DNA from: Fimicolochytrium jonesii
Lineage: Eukaryota
Assembly: GCF_025526975.1 (NCBI RefSeq)
Contig: NW_026515669.1
Span: forward strand, 62,001-126,000
Direction: 5' to 3'
DNA length: 64,000 nt
Shown: piece by piece, positions 39,225-51,685 of the stretch
Layout of the letters: each line of letters starts with the position of its first letter
Numbering within the stretch: position 1 is the stretch's first letter
Program-made: the position numbers and the translations under genes
Notes under the pieces: generated by a model
The model's input: only the letters and a program-made list of their open reading frames with translations
Told to the model about the DNA's origin: nothing
Database searches by the model: none

Positions 39225-40811
39225 ATGGCAGAACGCATCCCCTTCTGGGCATACCCCCGCCCACACCAACATCGCCCACCACCACTCTTCCCCTCCCTCC
39301 CACCACCACCACCACCATCACACCACCGAAAACCCGCAGCCCGTCGAACCAAACGCGCACCCGCATCCGCCATCTCAGACCCAAACATCAGCATATGGGA
39401 ACCCGATCCCACCCCACCGGTCCGATACCCACCTCCCCATTCCGCCGGCGCCGCAGCCGCGAATCGAATTCTCAGCAGTAGTAGTAGTTCAGGTGCACAT
39501 ACGCGAAGGGTGGGGAATGGAGTATCGGCGAAGGCCGGACGGACCGGGAATCGTACGCGTACGGGGAATGAGAACAGCGAGAATGTCCGGCCAGCTGCAC
39601 ACGTCGCTTTCACCGCTCCCGTGGACGACGCCAACGAAGCAGAGAGACGAGAAGAGCGGCACAAAACAACGCCGGGGCGTACGCGGAGTTCCCATCCGAG
39701 ATCATCCCATCCCACTCTGAATCACACCACGAGCCAAAAGATGCGATCAATAACACAGGTCGAGGTAGACCCGCGCGAGTACGCTCAACAGCATATAGTC
39801 GACCCACGACTGCGCGGGAAACTGGGTCTGGAGCCTGATGTTGATCGGCGGTTGATTCATGTGGGGCCAGGGCCGTTGGGGGAGTATAATCGGTCGGGGG
39901 TACCCGTGCCCTCTAGTCGTGAGGGTGGGGTAGGCGGGGTGGGAAGGGCTCCGTCGCCGCATTTAGCTCGGCCGAGTTTGTTTTCGTCGCGTGCGGTGGA
40001 GGCTGCGCTGGTGAGGGTGGAGGGGGAGGTGTTTGATCCGAAGGAGGCGGCGCGACGGTTGGGACTGCGTGCCGGTGGGGCGGATGTCGGTACGGCGGCG
40101 GTGGGACGGAAAGAGACGGAAGTGCGGGATGTTGCGTTGGACGGGTTGAGGAGAGGGGTGCGGAGTCGGGTTACGACCAAGGTACGGTTTGCCGGGCACA
40201 GACTCGTTTCACTCAAACGCATATCTCCAACCAGATTCCTCTGTTACATTTCGCAGGCACTAAACCTACCGCCCCAAACGCTTCTATACACCAACCTCCA
40301 AAGCGTCGCCAAAGCCTGCAACAGCCCCCCTCCCACCACCACCGCTCCCGCAAACCAAGTCCGCCGTGCACGCATATCCGTCCCCCGCGATCCCAACCAC
40401 ACCCAACGTGCGGGCCCATACCGCCCACCCCCGCCGGAAGTGACTGATACCGTGTCGGTGCCGTTTCCGAAGATGTCGGAAAAGGTCTATTCGCGGTCTC
40501 CAGCAGCGTCACGAGCGACGGGAGATGTCGCGAAAACGAAGAAGGGGAAGCAGGGACGGAAGAGTGCTGTGATGCCATCCCCGCCGCGGACAACAACAAC
40601 AACGACAACGACGACGACGACGACAGAGAGGGCGACAGGGCAGGCGGGAGTGACACCTCATGACGCAGCCTGGGAATATCTTCGCTCCGAGTCACGCCGG
40701 CTGAGCGCGTTTGTGGAGTGGAGACGGTTCAAGGCGGATGGCGAGTTGGGGGTGCTTTTGGGTATGGGTGCGAGAGGTGTTGGGAATAATAGGAAGGATG
40801 GGGCTGCGTGA
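39225..40811 (+). CDS. Hypothetical protein with a PPP1R35 C-terminal-like segment
   Basis: Long ORF with a probable 75-nt intron (40182-40256). The spliced segment RPSLFSSRAVEAAL...FDPKEAA...RVTTK|ALNLPPQTLLYTNLQSV resembles, from memory, the conserved PPP1R35 motif (FD...LNVP...LF..LVSL). The start is uncertain. Confidence 0.55.
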   Translation: MAERIPFWAYPRPHQHRPPPLFPSLPPPPPPSHHRKPAARRTKRAPASAISDPNISIWEPDPTPPVRYPPPHSAGAAAANRILSSSSSSGAHTRRVGNGVSAKAGRTGNRTRTGNENSENVRPAAHVAFTAPVDDANEAERREERHKTTPGRTRSSHPRSSHPTLNHTTSQKMRSITQVEVDPREYAQQHIVDPRLRGKLGLEPDVDRRLIHVGPGPLGEYNRSGVPVPSSREGGVGGVGRAPSPHLARPSLFSSRAVEAALVRVEGEVFDPKEAARRLGLRAGGADVGTAAVGRKETEVRDVALDGLRRGVRSRVTTKVRFAGHRLVSLKRISPTRFLCYISQALNLPPQTLLYTNLQSVAKACNSPPPTTTAPANQVRRARISVPRDPNHTQRAGPYRPPPPEVTDTVSVPFPKMSEKVYSRSPAASRATGDVAKTKKGKQGRKSAVMPSPPRTTTTTTTTTTTTERATGQAGVTPHDAAWEYLRSESRRLSAFVEWRRFKADGELGVLLGMGARGVGNNRKDGAA

Positions 40812-41226
40812 TGGGATGTCGACGGGATATTGATGACAACTGCGTTGCGAAAACTTCTGACGTGTATGATCGTATGTTCGCCTTATGAGGATACCGAGAA
40901 TACATTCATATCTGAACCCTACCGAGCGAGCATGCCTGCCACGGTGTCGAAATCGGAGAAAGATGTCAATTCCCGACCGCACGAGCGTCTTTCCGAGTGA
41001 CTGTAGGGCGAGGAAGGTCGTCTGGAACCCCTCGTATCAGGGCACGTCCCAGCTTCTGCCATGTCATATCTTACTCAATTGCCCTTACTACATCTTCTTA
41101 ACGCTCGACTTTGCGGAACACCTCATATACCAGAAACACATTTGAAACTATAGCAATGTACAATTTGACGCCCGGCGGAGACGAGACAGCGTAACAACCG
41201 ATACAACACGCCTTTGCAACCCCTCC

Positions 41227-41850
41227 TCACAAAGAAGACGCACTCCCATCCAAACCCCCGTCGCCCTTCGCAGCCCTCAAACACATCCTCAACCTCCTAT
41301 TCTCCTCAAATACACACCTCCCGCTCCCCTCATCCCACCCACACTCGGTGAACTTGTAACACGCAAACACGGGGCGCCAGACACACGTCGACCGCACGTC
41401 GGGCGCTGTGGCGGGGATGCAGAACTCGGCGTTGCAGCCTGCGCGGCGACACCGGGGCGGGGGGGTTGCTGCCAGTGTCGTGGCCGCGTGGGCCGCTGTG
41501 GCGGTTTCCGTGCCCGCAGTCGTAGATGCGCCCATTGTCGACGAGACACCCTCCCCCCGGGCCGAGTCAATACACCGCCGCAACCCGCGGCTCTCGTCCC
41601 AGATGCACTCGTCGCCCGCGACATCATACACGCATGCGGCGTTCGCGTAGCATGCGAATTCGGGTTTGTAGATGCAGGGGCTGAATAAGCCCCCATCATC
41701 ATCGGAGGAGGAGGTCTTGGAGCAGAGTTCGCGGTTGCAGCCGCCGATTGTGCATTGCGGGGATGTTGATGGGGAGGGCGTTTGGGGGAGGGCGTGCGAG
41801 GAAGTGAGCGTTGCGAGGAGGGCGAGGAGGAGGGTGGTGGGGATGTGCAT
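41227..41850 (-). CDS. Small secreted Cys-rich protein with two eight-cysteine-cluster-like domains
   Basis: Hydrophobic signal peptide. Two repeats of C-x3-GCN-x2-C...C-x2-[KR]P-x-FACY-x4-C...G-x-C-x-[WF]...L-x2-C separated by a Thr/Ala linker. Intronless. Confidence 0.8.
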   Translation of the reverse strand: MHIPTTLLLALLATLTSSHALPQTPSPSTSPQCTIGGCNRELCSKTSSSDDDGGLFSPCIYKPEFACYANAACVYDVAGDECIWDESRGLRRCIDSARGEGVSSTMGASTTAGTETATAAHAATTLAATPPPRCRRAGCNAEFCIPATAPDVRSTCVWRPVFACYKFTECGWDEGSGRCVFEENRRLRMCLRAAKGDGGLDGSASSL

Positions 41851-42389
41851 TGTCTTTTTGGGGCGGTGTTGGGGCGGGTGGTTGGGAATCGATGCGGATT
41901 TTGTGGTTGTGTTTGTGGTTCGTGTTGTGGGTGGATAGATGCAATCGGTAGGAATATGAATGCCGTCGTATAACTGCCTCCCGAATGCGTATGTGTCCAG
42001 AAGAACTAAAACCTTGTTCAGCGATCAAGCCTTATATATCGTGTACAGTACTTTCACTTTCTTGGCATACCGAGATGCTCTCCACACGTCGCGGTTTACT
42101 TGTACTTCTGACATGATGCCGTTAACGGCCCTGACGGGGCTGGCTAGCTTACAATACATGCTTCACAGTGGGGTTGTGGGGTCGTCTCCGTTTGCGAACT
42201 CAGCCCGCGGCCGTCACGCGACCTTGACTCCTTCCATCGAAAAAGGATGCTTTTACAAAAGCCGCCCGCACTTTTGATCAGAACTTTATTTCAACTGGGG
42301 GACCGAAGGTTGCGAGGAAATTGGCAAAAAGACGTGAGAGTTTGGATGGAAGAGGCATCGGGAACAAAAGGGAAAAGGCAAAAGACGTG

Positions 42390-42461
42390 TGCATCCGCCG
42401 AGATTTGAACTCGGGCCACTCGCTTGGAAGGCGAGTATGTTGACCACTACACCACGGATGC
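42390..42461 (-). tRNA. tRNA-Gly(TCC)
   Basis: Same sequence as the other copies, on the minus strand. Confidence 0.97.
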
Positions 42462-43564
42462 CTGCTTGATTTCGTGTCACGTTTGCCTAGCTCATTCCCA
42501 TGTTGACAGCATGTGTCGCTCTCATTGGTGTGTCAGCCAAACGCCACATGAGAATTGCTCGCCGCACGCGACGGTCGCATTTGCGGTCACACCGACGGTT
42601 CCCACAGCCTTCCTCTCCGGGTGTCTTTCCTTCGATTTTTTGCACCATTGGGTTGGGTACGGGGAGGGCAATGTGCCGGCGGTATGGGCGATGGACGCTG
42701 AACAAATGCCTCTGCAAATCGGACGTGCGTTAATAAAGCAAAGTACTGTATTAGGTCAAATGCCTTATCTTGCCGCTGGAAGACCTAACTTCAACACGGC
42801 ATTATTGATGCATCGACTCTCCATGAGCATCAGGCGGCATTCGCTGCTCTCTAGGCGGATTGAATGTGCTCTGGACGTTTCAAGGGCCGGCAACAGCAGC
42901 GCCCGCCAGCCCTTAGATCGTTGTGAGCCCGGACATTGGAAACAGGTTCCCAGGACCAGGAATGTTGTTGTTCTCCGCCACGCACCAAAAGCCTCAGATG
43001 TGAAACTAAACTGCATTGTCGTCGACCATCTTTTTCTGCCCTCCGGACCGTTGCGGCCGGATTGCGAGGATTGTTCCTCTCCCCAAAAAACGCTTCCTCG
43101 GGAATATGTATCCCCTGCGCTGCGTCTGTCCGTCCCTTTTGACAGCTCAGCCCCCGCCCAAAGTGCCGACGGGGCGCATGCATGCATGCAGGGGAAGCCT
43201 CCCTTGAAGATCAAATTCGCACCTCCGCCTTCCGAGTGAGTCCTGCGAAAATTCTCACGGCCGGCGGCTCTTCACGGCCCATCTGCGCCGATCCCTCTTT
43301 TTGATGCCGTGAGATGCTGCATGTGTTACTGTGTTACTCTTTGAGAGAGTTTATATGTGGAGCCTCCGTATTGCGAAGGAGCCCCTTGCACAACCACACT
43401 TCAGCGTTGTCTATCACAACAGCAGGCTTGACTCGAGAGAGATCCCATATATCCAGGCTCCTTGACTCGTTCGGTTCACGCCAGACTTGCCACCTCATTC
43501 AGAACTGAATTTGAACACTTACCCCCCCCCCCCCCCCCCCCCCCCCTCCCTCTCACAAGAAGCA

Positions 43565-46500
43565 ATGCTTGTGGGATTCACCTCGGTCAAGCAGGCCCTC
43601 GCCTCGCTTCTACTCACCCTCCTAGTCACCCTCTCCCTCCTCAACAACTTCGTATCCGCGGCCGAGCCAGTAGAAGATCTCGAAGTGCCAGTGGGCAACC
43701 CCAACCTCGCCGGCTTCCGCTACAACAAAACCGTTTTTGGTGGCGCACCCGGAAAGAACCGGTACGATGTGTACTGGAACGTCGACAATGTTGGCACCCC
43801 GCAGGAACAGCTGCATGTCGTGCTGAGGTTGACAGGCCCGGCGTTGAAGTGGGCGTGGGTGGGCATTGGGTTTGGACGGACGATGTTGGAGGGACAGTTT
43901 GTGGTGTGCCACCAAATCATGGCGAAGGAGGCCCCCAGTGCGCCGACGAACACGGAGTTGCATGAGCATTGGACTCGGAAGCAGTATGCCCCGCCGGTGA
44001 GTTTCATGTTCCACTTCGTTCGCTCAGTAGGCGATGAAGGTGTCTGTGGAAGACGGGTCAAACCTGCACTCAAGCCGTTCACTAACAATCCTCACCGTTT
44101 ATAGAGAGACCGAGACCAAACGGAAGCCGCCTACACGCAGCAGGCAGCCATCCCCGTCGTAGGATTCACCGACAGCAACACCCTGACCTGCGAGTTCACC
44201 CGCGCCACAAAACCCGCCGATCGCTACCACGTCCCCATCGATGTAACGACCGACACGAACCTGCTCTGGGCTTTCAACCCAGCATCCGAAAAAAACAGCG
44301 ACGGCGGTTGGTTCACATATCACGGCGACATCTGGAGAGGGGCGCTGGTCGCCGGGCTCGCTGAGGGCGACATGCTGGCGGTCGCCACCAAATCCTTCCA
44401 GAAGAAGCAAGCCCACGGATTCGGGATGATCGCCGTGTGGCTCCTCATCTTCCCCTTTGGCGCATACTACGCACGCTACCTGCGCTCCACTGCGGGGTGG
44501 AACATCGTCCACTTGGTCATCCAATCCACCGGCGTGTGCGCCATCATCATCCTGATCGTCATCATCGTCACCGACATGGTCTTCCTGAACCGAGCCCACG
44601 CCTACCTAGGAATCACGATGCTCGTCCTCATTCTCTTCCAATTCTTCCTCGGCATCACCAACCTCCTCGGCCTCTCCTACGAACGCGCCGCCCGCCTCAA
44701 AAAGGTCGTGCGCCGCGTCCACCAGTTCCTCGGTCTCTCAGTGATCCTCGCGGCCACCGTGCAAGCGGGCTTGGGCATCAACAAACTCTACCCATGGCAG
44801 GAAGACCGCGGCAAAGCCGTATGGGGTGTCTACATCGGCCTCATCCTGTTCTGGACCATCCTCTTCATCTCCACCGAGACATACTTCCGCCGCTCCGTGC
44901 GCAGGACCGACCCCAAGAAGGCCGGCGGGGCGTACTCTGACCTCCGCAAAATCGACGCGACGAACACGATGGTGCCTATGAAACAGAAGGTTAAGCGCGG
45001 CGAGACAGCGGTGACGTTGATTAATGCGTCGAATAGTGCGGCTAGTACCACTATCCCGATGACACAGACGCGGCTGAGGCCGGGGTTGACACAGTATACG
45101 TGGGGGAGCTTGAATCAGGCGATTATGAATGGAGAGCTGTTGGTTGTGGCCAATGGTCGTTATGTTTACAGCATTGCTCAGTGGTGAGTCTTCTCTTGAT
45201 CTCGTCGGGTGATTTTTCGCCTATGTCATTTTTTTGCCTTGCATGTATGCTGACAATTTCCTCACTCGCAGGATCAACTCACACCCCGGAGGCCAACTCA
45301 TTCTCCACGCCGTCAACGGAACAGACATCACAAACGACTACTTTCACGAAGCCGGTTTCGACGCCGACGAGTTCACACCGAGACCCGAGGCGCCTGCACA
45401 ACGCAACAACCGCGCCAACGCAGAAGCCTCCTTGGGCCGCCGCAACGGCGACCTCGCTAGTCTCACCAGCACCGAGATGAACAAATCCCTTAACTCGTTT
45501 GGCGACGAGCTGGTGGAGGAGATGAGGGTCGCGCCGACCATGAACGAGAAGGACTGGAAACTTGTGGTCAAGTCCCGTCGGACGAATGTTCACTCCCGGC
45601 TTGCCATTGAACGTCTGTCGAAATTGCTGGTCGGTGAGCTCGTACCCGAGAATACGTCATCGTCGTCCGAGATGGGAAACGCGAATGCGCCCTTTGACCC
45701 TAACGAGTACCGCCGTTACGCGATGGTGGAAAACACACCCATCGCGGAACGGTCGTCCGTCGTCAAGTTCCGTTTCTGTCTGCTGTACCCCTACGACGTG
45801 CGCAGCGGCGAGCCGCAGGTTATCTTCCCCGGACAGGCCATCGAGATTTGCGCGCGGATCAAGAACAAGCTCGTGACGCGCTACTACAGCCCGCTCGGCA
45901 CGACCGGACTTTCGACCATCGAGATCATGGCCAAGATCTACCCGGACGGCGTGATGTCGCAATACCTGTTCAAGCAGAAACCGGGCGACAGGCAGATCAA
46001 GATCCGCGGTCCCTTCGGAACTCCGCTTTTCCACCCGGAAAAGACCCTCGTGCCCTCTGACCGCGTCACCTGGTTCCCAACCAACCTCCTCTACATCGCC
46101 GGCGGAACAGGCATAACACCCTTCCTGCAACTCCTCACAGCCGCCATCTTCCCCGTTGCAGAGCCGTTACGCGTTCACACCGAGTACCTCCCGCAAATAG
46201 ACGACGAACTCACCCTCCAACGCAACGACCACGTCGCGGTTTCCCACCACTACTACGACGGCTGGGCCGTCGGCGTCAACTTGCGCACCGGCCAGCACGG
46301 CGCGTTCCCGCTGACTGTCACCGTCCCCTACCCAGGGATGAACCTCCTCCAAGGCGGAAAACTCACCCTCATCCACGCGGTGCGCACCGCGGGTGAAGCC
46401 ATCCTCGGCGACGAGCTCCTCGAGGGCGCCATGCTCGCGTACCCCGGCGTCCTCGAAATCCACCGCTTCATCGCCGACGGCAGCACACCCGAAAAGCCCC

Positions 46501-46742
46501 TCGGCGTCCTCTACGCTTCTCAGTTATCTGAACCGAATTTGGAGGATATCCTGAAGAAACGGTGGAGGGATACGGATGCACACGGAAGGGAGGTGGAGGA
46601 CGAGGATGAAGAAAAAGCGGCGTTGAGGCAGATTGTGGTGTGTGGACCCACGGGCTTTGGGAGCTGGGTTGTGGATGCCTTGAGTGAGGGGAGCGTGGAT
46701 ATGAGGCGGGTTGTCATTTTGCCGAGTGATCGGGTTTTGTGA
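43565..46742 (+). CDS. Membrane oxidoreductase fusion: signal peptide-DOMON-cytochrome b561-cytochrome b5-FAD/NAD(P)H reductase with inserted SH3
   Basis: Introns ~43997-44104 and ~45185-45271. DOMON: WVGIGFGRTM, CEFTR, LLWAF, FTYHG. b561 His motifs: AHGFGM, VHLVIQ, AHAYLG, VHQFLG. b5: HPGG...HS. Reductase: RYYSP, GVMSQYL, GPFG, GGTGITP, CGP. SH3: EYLPQIDDELTLQRND...DGWAVG...GAFP. Confidence 0.92.
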
Positions 46743-47289
46743 GGGTTGTGAACTGCGACTACCCCCGCGAGTTTCTCTAGTTTACGTACTATTCGTCTAA
46801 TACTACTCATTCCCCGCAAACGAACGAACATAATGCCACACCCTCTTGTACCAGTTTACTACTGTATGTACTTTGCATCAATCAAATCGCTTTTACCGTG
46901 CTTTCCTAGGATTCGAACGAGAAAAAATGTATGCTTTCCTGTTACGGGACCCCAATCTGTCGTGCGATACCAGCACTCGGCACCCACCCACTCTCTTTTA
47001 TGTTGAGTAGGTATGTACATCTTTGGCATCATGGTCTGCCCTCGTTGGCGACGTTGTTGGGGAGGGTTGATGTTACATTTTTTCTGTGACGTCGTTCGCC
47101 TTTCATGACGTGACTGGCAGAACATTCGCGCCCTGGAAGTTGGACCTCAATTCAATTGAAGGTTGGGCGGCTCCAGCGTTCACGTAAAAGGCGGGACATT
47201 TTTTGCACGCTTTTCAACGCCCCATGGGACATATCCGTTGAGCGACAGCAGGCTTACAACCCACAGTGGCAAGTCCAACAGACAGCAGC

Positions 47290-49303
47290 ATGTCTCAAAC
47301 AACAACCCGATATGTCTTCCTCCGCACAACCGCCCTCCTAATACTCGCACTCGCAACCGCAACCGCCGACGCACTACCTCTCGTCGAGCGAGCGGTCGCG
47401 GAGGAAGGCGCAGCAGCAGCAGCCGCAGCCGAGGGAGGGTCGGGAGGAACATGGTGGAAGATATTGGTGATTGCTGGGTTGGTTGCTATTGGGGGGTTGG
47501 TTGCTGGTACGTCGAATGACTTGTTTGTTGGGCAATTGTGCGCTTTCCGGATATTGAACGTCATACTCCCGCTTTGATAGGTTTGACGCTCGGACTTATG
47601 TCGCTGGACGAAACGGACTTGAGGATTTTGCTGAGCGCTGGGACGCCTGCGGAGAAGAGGGCTGCGGCGAGGATTGCGCCGATTAGGAAGAACGGGCATT
47701 TGCTGCTTGTTACGTTGTTGATTGTTAATGCTGTTATCAATGAGGTGGGTTTTGCGGGGAGGTTGGAAAGTGTGGCGGGAAAAGGTGGTAGCGAGAAGGA
47801 TATCTCTGATGCCTCAGTGTGGAACTCACTCCTTTCTTACCAAACAGACACTTCCGATCCTACTAGACGAGGTTGCGGGTGGAGGTTGGCAAGCTATCCT
47901 GATCTCCACCGTCCTCGTCCTCGTCGCCGGCGAAATCATCCCCCAAGCCGCTTGTTCGCGGTACGGGCTCCAAATCGGCGCATTTTTCGTCTGGCCCGTC
48001 CGCATCATGATCTACGCCATGTTCATCATCGCGTGGCCGATCTCCAAACTCCTTGATGCGATCTTGGGTGCTGGGCATGGCGCGATTTACAAGAAATCGC
48101 AGTTGACGGAGTTGGTTGCTTTGCATGGACCGGAGGAGGGAAATGCGCTTACGCATGATGAGGTCAAGATCTTGCAGGGTGCGCTGAATGTGCATGAGAA
48201 GACCATTGAAGAGATCATGACTCCTTTTGACAAAGTTTACATGGTAGGACCTTTACGAAAGGTTCAAGTCAGTCGCAACTCGTGCATCCTCACTGACAAA
48301 GTTCCCTCTTTAGCTCTCAAGCGACACAAAACTCGACCGCGAAACCATGCTCGACATGCTCCGCAAAGGCCACTCCCGCATCCCCATCTACAAAGAACAT
48401 CGCACCAACGTCGTCGGCATCCTGCTCGTCAAGTCAATCATCCTGGAAGACCCCTCCAAAGCCGTCCCCATCTCCTCCGTCCGTCTCATCACCCAATTCC
48501 CTCGCCTCAAACCCGACACGCCTCTCCTTGATGTCCTTAACACCTTCCAGGAGGGCGCGTCGCACATGGCGTTCGTCACCGACTTGAAGGGGGCGGATTT
48601 TGTGGGGATTGTGACGCTCGAGGATGTGGTGGAGGAGATCATCCAGGAGGAGATTGTGGATGAGACGGACGTGTTTGCGTCGAATTCGGATACGAAGCCG
48701 CTTGTTAGGCCGAAGACGCTCGTCAAGCTCGCGGGCGCGCTGCTGAAAAGGAACTCGGTAAATAACAGGGATACGTACTCCGCCACGTCTTCAGGGCAAC
48801 AACACCCGCGCGCCAATTCGGCCCCGCTTTCTAAATCGAGGAATGAGACGGCGCCGCATGCTAGCACCGCCGCACTCCTACCCGCTGCTAACGAATCGAC
48901 AAATACCATCCCCACCTCCTCCACTACCGCCATATCACCAGCCCGCACCTCTCTAACCGCCACGAAGGCAAAACCAAGCACCAAACTCCCCCTCCCCGCC
49001 ACACCAACACACACTCCAACCGCCCCACCACCGAAAGTAATAGGCTGGCGCCGTGAAAAGCGCCGCGCACACTCCGACCCGGAGGCCGGCATGCCCATGT
49101 CTGTCATCTCACCCTCTGATTATGCGAATAGGAGCTCGCCGTTAAGGGGTGAGGTTACGTCGAGTGAGGATGGAGTAGACGGGTCAAGGGAGGTTACGAG
49201 GGACGGACGGATCTTGCATGCGAGGGAGACGGTTGCGGAGCCGGAGGAGCATCATGAGAAGAGTGACAAGGATGGGAACATACATACGAATGGCGGCGTA
49301 TGA
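47290..49303 (+). CDS. CNNM/Mam3-type metal transporter (DUF21 + CBS pair)
   Basis: GGLVAG|LTLGLMSLD, HLLLVTLLIVN, GEIIPQA.CSRYGL, GHSRIPIY, FQEGASHMAFV, GIVTLEDVVEEIIQEEIVDETD. Confidence 0.93.
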
Positions 49304-49575
49304 AGGCTTCTTGCAAAATACACATTGGACATACTGACACTACCTAATAGAAGTTCGAGCGAAAGACGGTAATACATGACATTTTCACATCATTTGGTTT
49401 TTGACCCTGAGGACATGCTTCGTTTTGGTGAATGTGTGGATTTGAAAGCATAGCGAGTGGTCCTGTTTTGAGAATGCGCGAGAAGGGTTTTCGAATTTGT
49501 CCCTCAGAATGACTTACGAAAGTGTAGGAAATATGAGAGGAAACCAAAGTGTGCATGTAACCGTAGATCACACAA

Positions 49576-49647
49576 GCATCCGTGGTGTAGTGGTCAACAT
49601 ACTCGCCTTCCAAGCGAGTGGCCCGAGTTCAAATCTCGGCGGATGCA
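49576..49647 (+). tRNA. tRNA-Gly(TCC)
   Basis: Same sequence as 26919-26990. Confidence 0.97.
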
Positions 49648-51685
49648 CATCTCTTTTCCTTTTGATGATCGCGGTGACTCCAAAAGTTTAGATTTTTATT
49701 TTTGCAGGGCCTGCACATGCTGATTTTCAGGGGTTTGCTGGGTATAAATGTCATTGATGTGAGGGTATAGTACAGGCCAAAAGGCCACCGGGGTATGGAA
49801 AGAAATACTTCAACATCCACGATTTCACTGCCGCACTGTTTTGGGATCACAATAACGCTTCTTGTGACAGCGTCCCACTTGTTGCTTCGATCGAATCCCA
49901 AACCGGTTGGGTCAACATACGCCGGGGGGGCTTCTCATATAAAACAAAGTGGAGATGCCGGTGTTAAATGGTGTATCACGTCGTCGTATGCGCACGGGTG
50001 CCGAGGAAGTATGATGCTCGGGAGGCCGCCGCATACTCGTCTGTCAGCGCCTCTATGGCTGGTTCTGCGTGTCCTGTGAGTACGAGGGTCCAAGTGTTCA
50101 CCTGCAGTTGTCATCTCTTCTGTTGTGAAATGTTCACCTCGAACCATTGGCCACCAGGTCGCAGAGGACAACTCGGCGCAACCCTCCCGAAGATGTATCG
50201 GTTACTCCAAAGACCATCGGGTCCCGGCATTTCTAAGTCTATACGAGACTTCAGCCTTTAACCCCCAACGATACGGCCTGAATACCGAAAACACGTATTT
50301 GACCGATTCGCACTACAGCAACCTTTGAGGGCAAGGTTGTTCTTTCAATACCTTGGCTTCACATTGAAAGACCGGAAGCACGCAGAAAATGTGTTTGGAT
50401 CGACGGTGCGCCTACTCAGCATCGACAGTAAAGTATCGAAGGCCAAGCGAGACCTCGCTGGAGCTGTACTCAGAGACATCGAAGCCGCCCAGTTCGCGTT
50501 GGCAACAGGATTTTGGGAAAAGAGAGGAGACAACGAAGAAAACCGAAGGTTCTGCTTTCCAATCACTGTTAGCACTCACTTACAAGTGCACGCAGTGGCG
50601 AGTCACGTTGTGAATCGAGAAAAGTCGAGAGCGCCGAAGAAAACAACCTAGACTTCTTGTTGGTAGGGTTATTGTTCGTTGATCGCTGTTTGTTGTGTCG
50701 TGCTCATCTGACTGCCACAGGCCGAGCGGAGGGCGTTGGGTCGCAGAGGCACGGAATTAGCACTCGGTGACTCCCAAGGACCTCTCGGCCTTGCGAGTCA
50801 GAAGGGGATGGAAAAGATATTGGCATGTCGGGATGTTTGTCTGCGAAAGTTCCAGGAGACCAGCCAGGGACGAGAGGATGAAGTGGCGATTCCGTTCTGG
50901 TTGCAGAATCACCAAGTCGCCGTTTCATTCCGCATGCGTCTTTTATGTGGAAACGTCGTTGTAGCCAACTACGTCAGCAACTTCCAAAACTCATTTTCCT
51001 GGAGAAACATCATGGTCAAAGAGGCGCTTGCTGGCGTGGAACTCTTTTCGTCGACGGGCGGTTACGTTGTGATGTCCACCACAACAGCTGACACCACAAC
51101 ATACCCGCGCGTCAACGAAGAGTTCCACGCCAGCGAGGGATGAAATGACACATGTGCATCTTCACCAGAATACCGCCGTGGCGACGGCGGAGTTGCACCT
51201 GCGCGCTACTATCCGAGACAGCAGGGGGCAGAGAACACTCCCATGCTCGACGCAGAAAGGGAACCAGCCGGATCTGATTCCGCTGATATGGCCGAGCACT
51301 AAGGGGCGGGAGGACGAACTAGATGCCACACCAGTTCCCTCACCTTAAAAGCAACGTCAGGAAAAGAAGGCAGCTGTCAAGCCTCGCAGCGCAGACGCTA
51401 AGCAGACGAGGGTCGCAGAAGCCAAAAAGCCGAAAAAGTGCACTTTCTTCCCTCGCAATCTCCCCCCGCAAGAAAGTGCACGTTTTCGACTTCCTGTGAC
51501 AGGTGTCGAATATCGCAAGTCAAGGGACGCCCCACACTCGCCTGTGCTCCTGATCTACATATGGCAAGAATCCTCACAGATCGTCCAATCGCCGCACGGG
51601 CCTGGCGTTACGTGTGGAGAGGCGCAAGAAGCCGTTTGCCTTTCTGTTTGCTCGTTTGTGCCTTTCTCGTGCTTTGGCCAGTCCC

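Noticed and set aside
42424..43239. 271-aa ORF starting MEGEYVDHYTTDAC, and similar ORFs at 26762, 31959 and 49344
   Set aside because: The shared peptide is only the antisense translation of tRNA-Gly, not a protein family.
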